A program made the position numbers and the translations under genes. A model generated the notes under the pieces. The model ran no database searches. It worked only from the letters and a program-made list of their open reading frames with translations, and was not told the origin of the DNA. Source: Candidatus Krumholzibacteriia bacterium (GTDB lineage: Bacteria; Krumholzibacteriota; Krumholzibacteriia; JAJRXK01). Taken from it: a DNA stretch of 64,000 nt. Positions within the stretch are counted from its first letter, which is position 1; each line of letters begins with the position of its first letter. This document shows, piece after piece, positions 46,677-57,863 of this stretch. The stretch covers positions 120,701-184,700 of the forward strand of contig JBGPIA010000008.1 in assembly GCA_041484665.1 (NCBI GenBank), written 5' to 3'.

Positions 46677-47431
46677 GGCCGCCCCAGCCGCTCAAGCAAC
46701 GGCGTCAGGTCCTCGTACGGCGTCGTGCAGGGCGGGCCCGGCGCGTGGAGCAGGCGGCCCGTCTCGAGCTCGCCGGGCGCCAACAGGATGGTCGACGAGA
46801 CGGTGCCATAGTTGCCCTCGGTGTGCACGCAGAGGCTCTCCCGCGGGCCCCAGTCGCCATGGTGCGCGGACAACGCCGCCTGCAGCCCTTGCAGCAGCGC
46901 CCCATCGTCCTGCTGGTTGAGCAGGGGTTCCGCAGCCAAGGTCGCCGCCGCGCGGCGCAGCTTGGCGTTGCCGGGATCCTCGGGCAGGAAATTGCCCAGC
47001 GCGAACAGGCCCCGCGCGAGCTCGTGGGGCTCGAGCTCTTCGGCGGTCGACGCCCAGAAGCCGTCCCCCGCCGTCGTGGCGCATACCACCATGAATGGGT
47101 TGAACGCTCGCGCGTCGAGCTTCGCCAACACGCCGCGCGTCTGCTGCAGCGTCAGGCAGCGCAGCAGGCTCACGACCACCTCACCCCGCGAGCGGCGCGT
47201 GCCGTCGGCCGACTCGCCCGTCCAGAGGTTGGTGAGCCCGGCGAACAGCCCGCGGGCGTTGATGCCCATCCACGTACCGCCAGCCCGCTCGTCACGGCCA
47301 GCGAGGAACCGGGGACTGCCATCCCAGACGAATGGCGCGCGCGCCGGCCGCGTGCGGTCCTCGTCGCGGTTGGCGGCGACGATCAAGGAATGGCGCGCAG
47401 TCGCCCGCAGGAGAACCGTCAGCGTGCACAC
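46673..47431 (-). CDS. NRDE/TANGO2 family protein
   Basis: MCTL..AANRDE..R, GRD..AGGTWMG, SRG, YGTVSST. Confidence 0.9.
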   Translation of the reverse strand: MCTLTVLLRATARHSLIVAANRDEDRTRPARAPFVWDGSPRFLAGRDERAGGTWMGINARGLFAGLTNLWTGESADGTRRSRGEVVVSLLRCLTLQQTRGVLAKLDARAFNPFMVVCATTAGDGFWASTAEELEPHELARGLFALGNFLPEDPGNAKLRRAAATLAAEPLLNQQDDGALLQGLQAALSAHHGDWGPRESLCVHTEGNYGTVSSTILLAPGELETGRLLHAPGPPCTTPYEDLTPLLERLGRP

Positions 47432-47437
47432 CCGTCA

Positions 47438-49846
47438 TCACCTTTCGTCGATCTGCCAGCGTTCGTCGAAGATCCAACGCAGCGAGGTGCGGACGTGGTC
47501 CAGCTGAAAGGCCAGGGGGTTGAAGCCCCACAGGTAGTCCTCCGAGCCCGGGACCGGCTTGGTCTGGGAATACACCGTGCTGACGATCGCGACCGGGACG
47601 CCGTCCAGGACGGACCGGGCGCGCTGAAGGGGATAACAGGCGATGTCGGGTGCCGCGATATAGCCCTGGTCGCGCCGGGCGCGCAGTCGGTACATCACCT
47701 GCTGGCAAGGGCGTGTGGTGAGCTCCACCGAGCGCGTCGTGATGTTGCGATTGTAGAACTCCTCGCGGTCGAGGCGGTAGAGACCCCACGACGTCGCGAA
47801 CCGGGCCGTGCGCTCCGGGCGCGGCGGAAGGTCGTCCACGATGCCGCGGGCCGACGGATACTGTCCCAGGAAGCCGCTGTCCACCGCCGCCGTGGACATC
47901 GCGTCACAATCGCGCGTGCGCTTCTGGGTCTCGACGCCGAGGAACTCGCCGTAGATGTCGCCCGGGGGCGGGCGCACGTAGTCGACCGCGTCGACGCAGA
48001 ACGCAGTGTATGGGTAGCGCGCAACGCCGACCGGATACTTGCGGCCATCGGCACCGGTCACCTGCCCGAAGCCCAATGGCGGCGCCTCCCCCGCGGTGAA
48101 GATGACGGGAAGTTTCCACACGGGGGAACCGGACTCGAACGCGTTGTACATGGCCTGGGGCCCGATGAAGAGCACGTTGCCGATCCGCTGCTGGTAGAGC
48201 TCGAGCCAATTGAAGGACGACTCGCGGCGTGTCGCAGCGGCGAAATTGGCGTAGAACCGCGTCCGCGTATCGCCGCCCTTTGTGAAGTACACGACCGCCC
48301 TGTAATCGTTGAACGTGCGGAAGGTGTACCGTAGCGGATCGTCCGCCGTATCCAGCACGTCAGCGGGCCCGAATCCGCCGGCTCGCCCCCCCAGCAGGTA
48401 GATCCAGCGGCTGTCCCAGTCCACATCGAGCGCCGTTTCATTGGCGTTCGTCGATCGCGGCCAGTCCTCGACCAGCAAGAGCGGCCGCTGCTGCGACCGG
48501 GGCTTGACCGCGACCACATTGAGCTGATAGAGCACCCGCGACAGGGTGCCGGAGTTGTCGAGCACCTGCACCACGAAGTTGTGGTTGCCTCCGGTGAAGG
48601 AATGGGGCGGAGCCCGGCGGAAGAAGTCCCCCTGGCCCCATTGCACCGCCCAGCCCGGGTCGTTGCGGTCGTTGACGTCCTGCACGTCCCAGCCGTAACG
48701 GTAAGCGGTGATCACGCCGCCGTACTCGCTGGCGCTGGCAGACCAAGTGTAGGTCAAGAGCTGGCTGCCGATCACCTCGGCCGTGCTCACGGTGCTGGTG
48801 CTCGCCGACTCGATCTCGCCCAGTGAGGGCTCGCTCACATGCAGCAAGGGCCTTTTGGTGGGGTTGACGTCCAGATGCAAGACGTTCACTCCCCACTCGA
48901 ACACAGGCGTGACCGCCCCGGCCCTGTCCTTGGCCTGGACCGCGAAGAGGAGCTTGCGCCCCAGCTCCAGGCGGTTGTAGGTCACCACGCGGCCGCTGTC
49001 GCCGGGCGCGTTGTAGGCGATCCAGTCGGTCCACGCGGAGTCCGGCAAGCTGGCCAGGGGATTGGCCGCCTCGTACTCGCCCCTGAGCAGGCACTTCGGA
49101 ACCTCGCTCAGCACGTAACGGACTGCCACCGGGCGGCGCGAGAGGTCGTCTGGATCGTCGCCCACCCATCCGAAGGTCAGCACCCGCGACGTGCCGACGC
49201 AGGTATTGGTCGTGTGGATCGCCGGAGACGTGATCTGCACCGTGGGCGCGAGAGTCGTGGCCGTGAAACTGATGCTGGCGGGCGTTGGATCGGCCTGCCC
49301 TTCGTTGTCCACGGCGCGCGTGAAGAGCGTGTGCATCTGCCAATAACGCACGTGGCCAGGATCGCGCCGCGGGTCGTGCGCGTCGGGCGGGAACGAGTCG
49401 AGATCGGCGCTCACCGAAAACGTCGAGTCGGTCGCGCTGGTGCGCCGCCACCGCAGCCCCAGCGTATCGGCCACGTCGACCCGGCCGTCCTTGCCGTCGT
49501 CGCTGATGCGCCACTCGTAGTGGTCGACGTAGCCATCGGCATCGGTCCCGGTCCAGAAGAAGGTCACCGTGAACGCGGCGCGGTCCAGCACGGGCGGGAC
49601 GCCGGTGACGGCCGTCTGCGGGGGTGCATCGGGAACCGGATCGCCCTGCAGCTCGTGCGCGCAGCCTGCCGGCAGCAGCGCCGCGACCAGCCACGCCAGG
49701 CCCGGTGCCACCACCCGCAGTGCTACCGCCTGCAACGCCACCACCCGCAGTGCTACCGCCTGCAACGCCACCACCCGCAGTGCTACCGCCTGCAACGCCA
49801 CCGCCCGCAGTGCCACCGCCTGCAACGCCACCGTTGGCGGGGGCAC
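47438..49846 (-). CDS. Large putative lipoprotein with Ig/FN3-like domains
   Basis: Lipobox-like LLPAGC; PP.T.VTG..FFWTGTD.DG.VD.YEW..RAVDNEG..DPTPA; repeated F.VQA.D motifs; start uncertain. Confidence 0.7.
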   Translation of the reverse strand: MPPPTVALQAVALRAVALQAVALRVVALQAVALRVVALQAVALRVVAPGLAWLVAALLPAGCAHELQGDPVPDAPPQTAVTGVPPVLDRAAFTVTFFWTGTDADGYVDHYEWRISDDGKDGRVDVADTLGLRWRRTSATDSTFSVSADLDSFPPDAHDPRRDPGHVRYWQMHTLFTRAVDNEGQADPTPASISFTATTLAPTVQITSPAIHTTNTCVGTSRVLTFGWVGDDPDDLSRRPVAVRYVLSEVPKCLLRGEYEAANPLASLPDSAWTDWIAYNAPGDSGRVVTYNRLELGRKLLFAVQAKDRAGAVTPVFEWGVNVLHLDVNPTKRPLLHVSEPSLGEIESASTSTVSTAEVIGSQLLTYTWSASASEYGGVITAYRYGWDVQDVNDRNDPGWAVQWGQGDFFRRAPPHSFTGGNHNFVVQVLDNSGTLSRVLYQLNVVAVKPRSQQRPLLLVEDWPRSTNANETALDVDWDSRWIYLLGGRAGGFGPADVLDTADDPLRYTFRTFNDYRAVVYFTKGGDTRTRFYANFAAATRRESSFNWLELYQQRIGNVLFIGPQAMYNAFESGSPVWKLPVIFTAGEAPPLGFGQVTGADGRKYPVGVARYPYTAFCVDAVDYVRPPPGDIYGEFLGVETQKRTRDCDAMSTAAVDSGFLGQYPSARGIVDDLPPRPERTARFATSWGLYRLDREEFYNRNITTRSVELTTRPCQQVMYRLRARRDQGYIAAPDIACYPLQRARSVLDGVPVAIVSTVYSQTKPVPGSEDYLWGFNPLAFQLDHVRTSLRWIFDERWQIDER
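49711..49830 (-). repeat. 4 x 30-bp tandem repeat encoding VALQAVALRV in the signal region
   Basis: CCACCCGCAGTGCTACCGCCTGCAACGCCA three times exactly, plus one 2-mismatch copy. Confidence 0.95.
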
Positions 49847-49919
49847 CGCCCGCAGCGGGGCCGCCCCTGGCGCAACGCCAACCGGCGCTCCTGTGCCGCT
49901 CTGGCGGCCAGCATGCTCT

Positions 49920-52564
49920 CTAGCGGATGACCACAAAACGCCCCACCACCCTCGCAAAGCGCGCGTCGTCGCACTCCACCGAATACAGGTAGATTCCGCT
50001 GGTGACCTCCTGGCCGTTGCGGGAGACGAGATTCCAGGATGCCGACCCGTCGCCCACCGTCCCGTCATGGTCGATGGAGGTCACGCGATCGCCCGACAAC
50101 GTGAAGATCTGGATCGTGCTACGCGCCTGCGGCAGATTGCGGAATTCCACCCGCACCCCCGTCGGGTCCTCGGAATTGGGGTGCAGCTGGCTGAACTCCG
50201 CCAGTGCGGCGCGCGTGGCCGGGTTGGGCACGACGTAGATGTTCTGGCCGCGAGAGCGGCGCTCATCCGCCGTCTGTGCGTCCGATTTCGGGACATCGGG
50301 CAGGAAATTCCCGCGCGGTTGCCCGGTCGGCCCCAGCCCCACGGTCACCCAGCGGGCCCCGTCGAACAGGAACCGTCGCGTGCCGGCCGTGACGGAGTGG
50401 AAGTAGATCTGGCCGTTGTGGACGCCCCGGTCGACGTATTCGCGATACCTCACTCCGAAACGGTCGGCGTAGAGCGTGTCCACCTGGTCGTAGCAGCACT
50501 CCCAGCGAGCCAGATCGGGATAGGCCAGCCCCAGCGGCGTGATCTCACCCGCCGTTGCGCGGTAGCGTACGTGGTCCTGCGCGGTCAGCTCGGGATGCTC
50601 GGCGACGATTCGTCCCAGCAGGTCGGCCAGGTCGCGGAAGGACGCCTCCGCAGGCGAGCCCGGCCGCAGTGCCAACGGCACGTAGGCCAGCGCCTGCAGT
50701 CCGGTATTGCGCCCCAGCGGCAGCACGTCGATCACAATCTGCCCGTTCGCCACGCGAGTCCGCTGCTGGAACGAATCGACCACGTCGAACTCCGCGAGCT
50801 TGGCCCAGAGCGCGGTGGCCGGCCCGGTCCGCTCCGAGGTCCCCGGCGGGCGTTTCCAACGATCGGCGCGCCAGATGCCGTACGATTCGAAGTTGGGGAC
50901 CCCCGACTTGAGATCGGTGGAGCGCTCGCTGCGGTCGTCCCAGAACAGGTGTACCCGGTCGTTGGTCTCCCACAGCCGCAGCCGCGGCGGGGGCGGCGGT
51001 AGCCCCTCGACCCACCAGGTCACATTGGACTCGCGGCCGTTCACGCCGGTGCACCCCAGCAGCAGCTCCTCAGAAACGGCTCCGCCGTTGTCGTGGCAGT
51101 CCACGGCGCCGCGCGCGATCTCGAAGCTACAGTCGCCGTCGATCCACGTGCACTTCTCCGCGTCGAGATCCACCTCCACGATGAGCGAGTTGGGGTCCCA
51201 GCAGTCTTTCGCCACCATGTAGAACTGTGAGGGCGGGTGGTACTCTCGCTCGCAGACGCGGTGCTCATAGCCGTCGCGCCCGGTCTGCGGGTCGCCGTCG
51301 CGGTCGAACCAGCCGCCGAAGAAGGCCTCCGCCGCGCGCCCGGCGTTGAGCTTGAGGTCCTCCAGCCCTTTCCCAATGACCATGACGGCCTCGAAGGTGC
51401 GGCGGCCGTGGGGCGGCAGGAACGAGATCCGGGGATCGGCGATCAACAGCCGCCAATCGTTCTGGTCGCGGCAGTCGGTGGGGATCGGCCGGATTGCCGT
51501 GGAGGTCAAGGCGACGTAACGCTCCTCGTCGTTCTTGGGCTCGCCCCCGCTATCGAAGGGCGCGGTCCGGCTGAACGCGCGCACGTTGCCCGCAGCTGGC
51601 AGGTTGGTGCCCCGGGGCCCCATGATCATGACGCCAATGTAGCCAGGCGACAGCCCGCCGTCGCCGTCGCAGTCGTACATATAGTACAGCGAAATCGGGA
51701 CGCGCGTCCCGTCGGGCAGATCCACCACGCCGGCATAGCGGCCCGGGATGTCGTCCTGGCCCACGTTGGGCCGGTCTCGCGGCCCGATGTCCGCGTCGAA
51801 GTAGAGCCCCATGCAGACATCCTCCAGCGGCGAGTCGGTCACGTTGTGAACGGTAAAGCGCAGCGCAAGGAAGTCCTCCAGCTCGGGGCTCTCCCACTGG
51901 AAGGTCTCCTGCACGATTTCGATGCCCAGCGGATCGTGGTCGGGATGGGCCTCCCGGGCCAGCGCGGTGTCGTCTCGCATCACGCACCGGAATTCCTGGT
52001 TGCCGATCGCGGCGTAGTCCTCGTCGATGCGCCCGTCCCCGTCGTTGTCGATGCCGTCCTTGGGATCCTCATCAACGCGCCCGTCGCCGTCGTCGTCATC
52101 GTCCGGCAGCGGATAGCGGTGCCCGCCCGGCTCCCCCTCGGACATGGAGTAGATCACGTCGGTCGGGTCGCCGGAGGGGAGCAGCTCCGTTTCGGGCTGG
52201 CCGGTGGAGACCAGCGGGATTCCGTTCTTGATCGCCCCCACCCATAGCCCGGCGGAGAACAGGTAGTCCACGCCGCTGCCAGCGGGCCACATGGCCGACG
52301 GCGCGTCGCTGTAGGGCTCGCGCGTGCCGGGATGGGAGCCGATCAGCCCCCAGTTGGTGATGTTGACCTGCAGCTCACCGGCCGTGTGGACGAAGGAGCC
52401 GTCGAGCACGAAGATACCTTGCGCCGCGAGGTGCAGGGGCGGAGTGCCGGGATGCTTGTCGCTCCCGGAGTGTTGGGCGAACGCGGGCGTCGCCCGCAGG
52501 AGACCCGTCGCCAGGAGCAGCGCAGCACACCCCGCGCCGCGCCACCAACCGGGCGCGCGGCGGA

Positions 52565-52568
<4 letters not shown>
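49920..52568 (-). CDS. Secreted protein with Ca-binding DxDGDG repeats and C-terminal FlgD/T9SS-type domain
   Basis: Signal peptide ..PAFA; ITNWGLIG, WPAGSGVDYLFSAGLWVG; DDDDDGDGRVDED..DGIDNDGDGRIDED; IYVVPNP..IFTLSGD.V..WNLVSRNGQEVTSGIY; GTG overlaps the korB stop. Confidence 0.8.
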
Positions 52569-53605
<1,037 letters not shown>

Positions 53606-53637
53606 TTCGACTCTACGCTCCTCATGGACCAAAGGTG

Positions 53638-55485
53638 TCAGACCGGCTGCATCGCGGACAACATCGAGGCGGCCTTGCGGTAGATCTCGTCGACGCGGAA
53701 GGGCTGGCCCGCGACCTTGTTCAGCCCCTCGGCTTCGATCAGATAGCGCGCGCGCAGCAGCAGGCGCAACTGCCCGAGGTTGAGCTCGGGCACCAACACG
53801 CGCTTGTAGCGCCCGAGGATGTCACCCAGGTCGGACGGGAACGGGTTGAGGTGCCGCAGGTGCACCTGCCCCACCGCATATCCCTTGACCAGCAGCTCCT
53901 CGACGCTGCTCGTGATGGCGCCGTAGGTCCCGCCCCAGCCCACGATGAGCAGATCCCCGGACTTCGCTCCCACAACCTCGGTCGGTGGAATGTCCTGCGC
54001 CACGCGCGCCACCTTTTCGGCGCGCAGGCGCACCATGCGGTCGTGGTTCTCGGGGTCGTAGCTGACGTTGCCGGTGCGGTCCTCCTTCTCGAGCCCTCCG
54101 ATGCGGTGCTCCAGGCCGGGCGTCCCCGGCAGCGCCCAGGGCCGCGCCAGCGTCCGGGGATCGCGCGCGTACGGCTGGTACTCGTGTGGATCGGTGGCGA
54201 ACGTCACTGCGATCCCAGGCAGGTCGGCGACGTTCGGGACGCGCCACGGCTCCGCGCCGTTGGCGAGGTACCCATCGGACAACAGAACCACGGGGGTCAT
54301 GTACCGTACCGCGATCTGCACGGCCTCGATCGCGGTGTGGAAGCAGTCCGCCGGGGAGCACGCCGCGAGCACCGGGAGCGGGCACTCTCCGTTGCGCCCG
54401 TGGACCACCTGCAGCAGATCGGCCTGCTCGGTCTTGGTGGGCAGCCCCGTGCTGGGGCCGCCGCGCTGCACGTCGACGATCACCAACGGCAGCTCGGTCA
54501 TCACCGCCAGGCCCATGGCCTCGCTCTTGAGGGCGATGCCCGGGCCGCTGGTGCCGGTGACGGCGATGGCGCCGCCGAAGGCCGCGCCGATCACCGCACC
54601 AATCGCTGCGATCTCGTCCTCGGCCTGGAAGGTGCGCACGTCGAAGGCGCGGTGGCGTGCCAGCTCATGGAGGATGTCGCTGGCGGGCGTTATGGGGTAG
54701 CTGCCGTAGAACAGCGTCCGGCCGGCCTGGCGCGCCGCGGCGATGAAGCCCATCGCCAGCGCTTCGTTGCCGCTGACGCTGCGATACTCGCCCGCGGGGA
54801 GCACCGCCTTGCGTACGCGATAGGTGCGATTAAAGATCTCCAGCGTGTCGGCGTAGTTGTACCCCGCGCGCAGGGCGCGCTTGTTGGCCTCGCCCAGGTC
54901 GGGGGTCTTGGCGAACTTCTGGTCGATCCACTGGACCGTCGCGTCGACGCTGCGCTCGTAGAGGAAGAACATCACTCCCAGCGCGAAGAAGTTCTTGCAA
55001 CGCTCCGCGCTGCGCTGGCCCAGTCCCAGCCCCTCCACTGCGCGCAGCGTCAGCGACGTCATGGGCAGGCTGAACACGCGGTACTTCGAGAGCGACCCGT
55101 CCTCGACTGGATTACTCTCGTAGCCCGCCAGCTTCAGGTTGCCCTTGGCGAAAGCGTCGCTGTTGACGAACAGGTCGGCCCCCTCGGGCAGGTCGCGCAG
55201 GTTGACCTTCAGGGCCGCCGGGTTCATGGCCACCAGCACGTCGGGCCGGTCACCCGGGGTGTGGATGTCCCGGGAGCTGAACTGCACCTGGAATCCGCTC
55301 ACACCCGGCAGCGAGCCCGCCGGAGCGCGGATCTCCGCGGGGAAGTCCGGAAAGGTGGCGATGTCATTGCCGATCAGGGCCGCCGTGTCGGTGAAGCGGC
55401 TACCCGTCAGCTGCATGCCGTCGCCCGAGTCACCGGCGAAGCGGATGGTGACGGCGTCCCGCTCCTCCGTGATGCGTCGATTCAT
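53638..55485 (-). CDS. korA: 2-oxoacid:acceptor oxidoreductase alpha subunit (gamma-alpha fusion)
   Basis: AGDSGDGMQ, PAEIRAP, YPITPAS, QAEDEI, QRGGPSTGLPTK, PELNLGQL. Confidence 0.93.
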   Translation of the reverse strand: MNRRITEERDAVTIRFAGDSGDGMQLTGSRFTDTAALIGNDIATFPDFPAEIRAPAGSLPGVSGFQVQFSSRDIHTPGDRPDVLVAMNPAALKVNLRDLPEGADLFVNSDAFAKGNLKLAGYESNPVEDGSLSKYRVFSLPMTSLTLRAVEGLGLGQRSAERCKNFFALGVMFFLYERSVDATVQWIDQKFAKTPDLGEANKRALRAGYNYADTLEIFNRTYRVRKAVLPAGEYRSVSGNEALAMGFIAAARQAGRTLFYGSYPITPASDILHELARHRAFDVRTFQAEDEIAAIGAVIGAAFGGAIAVTGTSGPGIALKSEAMGLAVMTELPLVIVDVQRGGPSTGLPTKTEQADLLQVVHGRNGECPLPVLAACSPADCFHTAIEAVQIAVRYMTPVVLLSDGYLANGAEPWRVPNVADLPGIAVTFATDPHEYQPYARDPRTLARPWALPGTPGLEHRIGGLEKEDRTGNVSYDPENHDRMVRLRAEKVARVAQDIPPTEVVGAKSGDLLIVGWGGTYGAITSSVEELLVKGYAVGQVHLRHLNPFPSDLGDILGRYKRVLVPELNLGQLRLLLRARYLIEAEGLNKVAGQPFRVDEIYRKAASMLSAMQPV

Positions 55486-55672
55486 CGAGGACCTGCTCCT
55501 TCGTGCCGCCCGGCAAGGGCCACTCCCGCGCGGGCCATCCCCACGCGGGCACAGTAACCACAGATCTTAGGGGGAAGCCCGTGTACGGCGCAACTGTCCG
55601 GCGCTGTGCCGTCCGGCGCTGCTGTACCCGGAGCCGCGGCCGGCACCCCAGGGGGAGCCGCGCCCACTGCGC

Positions 55673-56377
55673 CTAGCGGAGCCCGAACTCCGCGTGCACG
55701 GTGATGGTGATCTCCTTCTTGCGGGTCGAGGCGCTGTACACCCCATAGTCGTCCACGGAGTTGGAGTACGGCTCGTTGATCTGGAACACCCCCGAGCCCG
55801 CCGCGCGCATCTTCGAAAGGCGCGACCCCGTGGTCGAGGCGATCCGCTCGGCGCGCCGGCGCGCGTCGAGCGTCGCGGTCGCCAGCAGATCGCGTTTGAG
55901 GTCGGCGATCTTCGAGTCATGGTACTCCACGTACGAGTTGTCGAGCATGACCCCCTTGTCCATCAGGGCCGCCGGGTTGACGGCCAGCCGCTCCAGCGCG
56001 GGGATGTCGCGGGAGATCACAAGCACTTCCTGGACCAGACGATACCCGCCGGAGCGGCCTTCGCGGTCGAAGATCGGCTGCGAGCTGACCGGCCGCTCGG
56101 TAATGCTGCTGTCGGCGATGCCTGCCGCCGCCAGCTCCGCCATCAGCAGCTGGAGGTCGCCGCGCAGCTGCGCGTAGGCGCTCTTCATGTCCGCCCCCGC
56201 CACCGACCGGGCGAGCTGGACCCGCCACTTGATCACGTCGGAGTCGAACGGCCGGGTCGCCGAGCCCGTCACGCCGAGGGTCGTCTGTCCCTGCCGGCCC
56301 TGGTAGTGGAACGCCCCCAGGCGGACCGCCCCCACGACCAGGCTGAGCCAGAGGATCGAGGCTTCCCGAGCGCGCAT
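55673..56377 (-). CDS. SIMPL (DUF541) domain protein
   Basis: N-terminal TM, VTGSA, ATLDARRRAE.IA, GVFQI..S..DDYG.Y. Confidence 0.8.
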   Translation of the reverse strand: MRAREASILWLSLVVGAVRLGAFHYQGRQGQTTLGVTGSATRPFDSDVIKWRVQLARSVAGADMKSAYAQLRGDLQLLMAELAAAGIADSSITERPVSSQPIFDREGRSGGYRLVQEVLVISRDIPALERLAVNPAALMDKGVMLDNSYVEYHDSKIADLKRDLLATATLDARRRAERIASTTGSRLSKMRAAGSGVFQINEPYSNSVDDYGVYSASTRKKEITITVHAEFGLR

Positions 56378-56470
56378 GCCTCCCCCTTCCCCTCGCCCTG
56401 TGTCCGACCCAAAGCGACGCCGCGCCGGGTGATCGCCACGGCGGGCGATCGTAGATCACGGTGCTGTCCG

Positions 56471-56540
56471 GTGCAGGCCGATCCAGGCCCGTGCAGGCGG
56501 GTGCAGGCCGGCGCGGGAGGGTGCAGGCCGGCGCGGGAGG
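56471..56540. repeat. Intergenic 10/20-bp short tandem repeat
   Basis: GTGCAGGCCG-like units; GTGCAGGCCGGCGCGGGAGG twice exactly (56501-56540). Confidence 0.7.
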
Positions 56541-56651
56541 GCACAGGCAGCCCAACGCCGCGTCCTGCGGCGGACCGGAGTGGCCGGGGTCTGCTGATTA
56601 GAGTCAAACGCGCGCAGCCGGCTCCCGCCAGGCGGGAGGGGCCGCAACGCC

Positions 56652-57863
56652 TCAGCGCTGCGGATCCACCTTGCGGCGGATGCGGATCGTCGCGTCGTCC
56701 GTGGTGATCAGCACGTCCTCCCCTGGCCGCGCCACCGTCACGACCACCGAGCCGCTGCCGCGCACCTCGATCTCGGCCCCCGCAATCGAGCCCGCGTACC
56801 GCAGGTGGGAGGGCTCGTCGCGTTGCCCGGGAACCGGAGCTCCCTCGCCCGGACGCCGCACCGCCACGACGAGCGCGACCGCGCTGGCGTGGCCTCGCCG
56901 GTAGGTCCAGGCGACGGTCTGGCCCGGTTTCACGGCACCGAAGCGCAGGCCGCCCTCCTGGCTGGTCAACTTCACGCCGTCGATCTCGGCGAGGACGTCG
57001 CCGCGCCGCAGCCCGCCGTTGGAGGCGGGGCTGCCGGGCTCGACCGCGTAGACCTCGGGGAGGGAGCGGAACTGCCACACCGGCGAGCTCGTCGGGCTGT
57101 GATCGGTGCGGATGCTGCAGTCGGAGCAACGGATGCTCAACCCCATCCAGCCCTCCGGCGTGATCGCGGGCGCCGGGAGCTGCGGCAGCGGCGAGAGCGC
57201 GGGGAGTCCGGGACGCGGGGCATCCTCAGGCCGCTCCGCGCTGGGAGTCACGGGCGGGCTGGTGCCGGGCGGCTCAGCCGGTACCGCGGCCGCAGCGGCG
57301 CCGGTCTGATCCACCGGCGCTGGCGGGCGCGGTGGGGGCGGCGGCGGAAGCCCCGCGGCCTGGACGCGGGGGTCCTCTGGGCACAATGCCCGTGGCACGA
57401 GCTCGACGTGCCGGCGCTTTCCGCCGCGCAGGATCACCAGCCGCACCGGGATGCCGGGCAAGGGGCTGGCGAACCGGCGACCGGCCTCCTCCGTCGTGAT
57501 GTGGAAGCCATCCACGGCGAAGATGCGGTCGCCCACCCGCAGCTTGCCGAGCGCGGGGCCGTCGCCTGCGACCTCCTGGACGCGGGGCTCCGCTTCGAAA
57601 TGCCAGGCACGCACTCCAGCCCGCGGGCCATCGCGCCAGCTGCACTCGAAGGACAGCCCGGTGACGCCGAGCCAGCCCACCGGTGCCTGGCCCCCACACT
57701 CCGGGGTGGCGTCGCCGCGCTCCGCGTCGCGCGGCACCGCGGCGGCGTCGCCCGCCCGCGCAGCGGCCGCGTCAGGCGAAAGCACCGCAACGAGCGAGAG
57801 CGCCGCAACCCAGGCGATCAACCCCAGCAGCACGATCGTGGCGTGGACTGCTCTGCGCTGCAT
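56652..57863 (-). CDS. Secreted protein with two PDZ domains
   Basis: Signal peptide; GWLGV..V...GPA..KLRVGD.I.AVDG and GWMGL..VEPGSPA..GGLRRGDVL.EIDG. Confidence 0.85.
   Translation of the reverse strand: MQRRAVHATIVLLGLIAWVAALSLVAVLSPDAAAARAGDAAAVPRDAERGDATPECGGQAPVGWLGVTGLSFECSWRDGPRAGVRAWHFEAEPRVQEVAGDGPALGKLRVGDRIFAVDGFHITTEEAGRRFASPLPGIPVRLVILRGGKRRHVELVPRALCPEDPRVQAAGLPPPPPPRPPAPVDQTGAAAAAVPAEPPGTSPPVTPSAERPEDAPRPGLPALSPLPQLPAPAITPEGWMGLSIRCSDCSIRTDHSPTSSPVWQFRSLPEVYAVEPGSPASNGGLRRGDVLAEIDGVKLTSQEGGLRFGAVKPGQTVAWTYRRGHASAVALVVAVRRPGEGAPVPGQRDEPSHLRYAGSIAGAEIEVRGSGSVVVTVARPGEDVLITTDDATIRIRRKVDPQR

Noticed and set aside
49711..49830. 30-bp repeat as a mini-CRISPR
   Set aside because: Units are directly adjacent with no spacers
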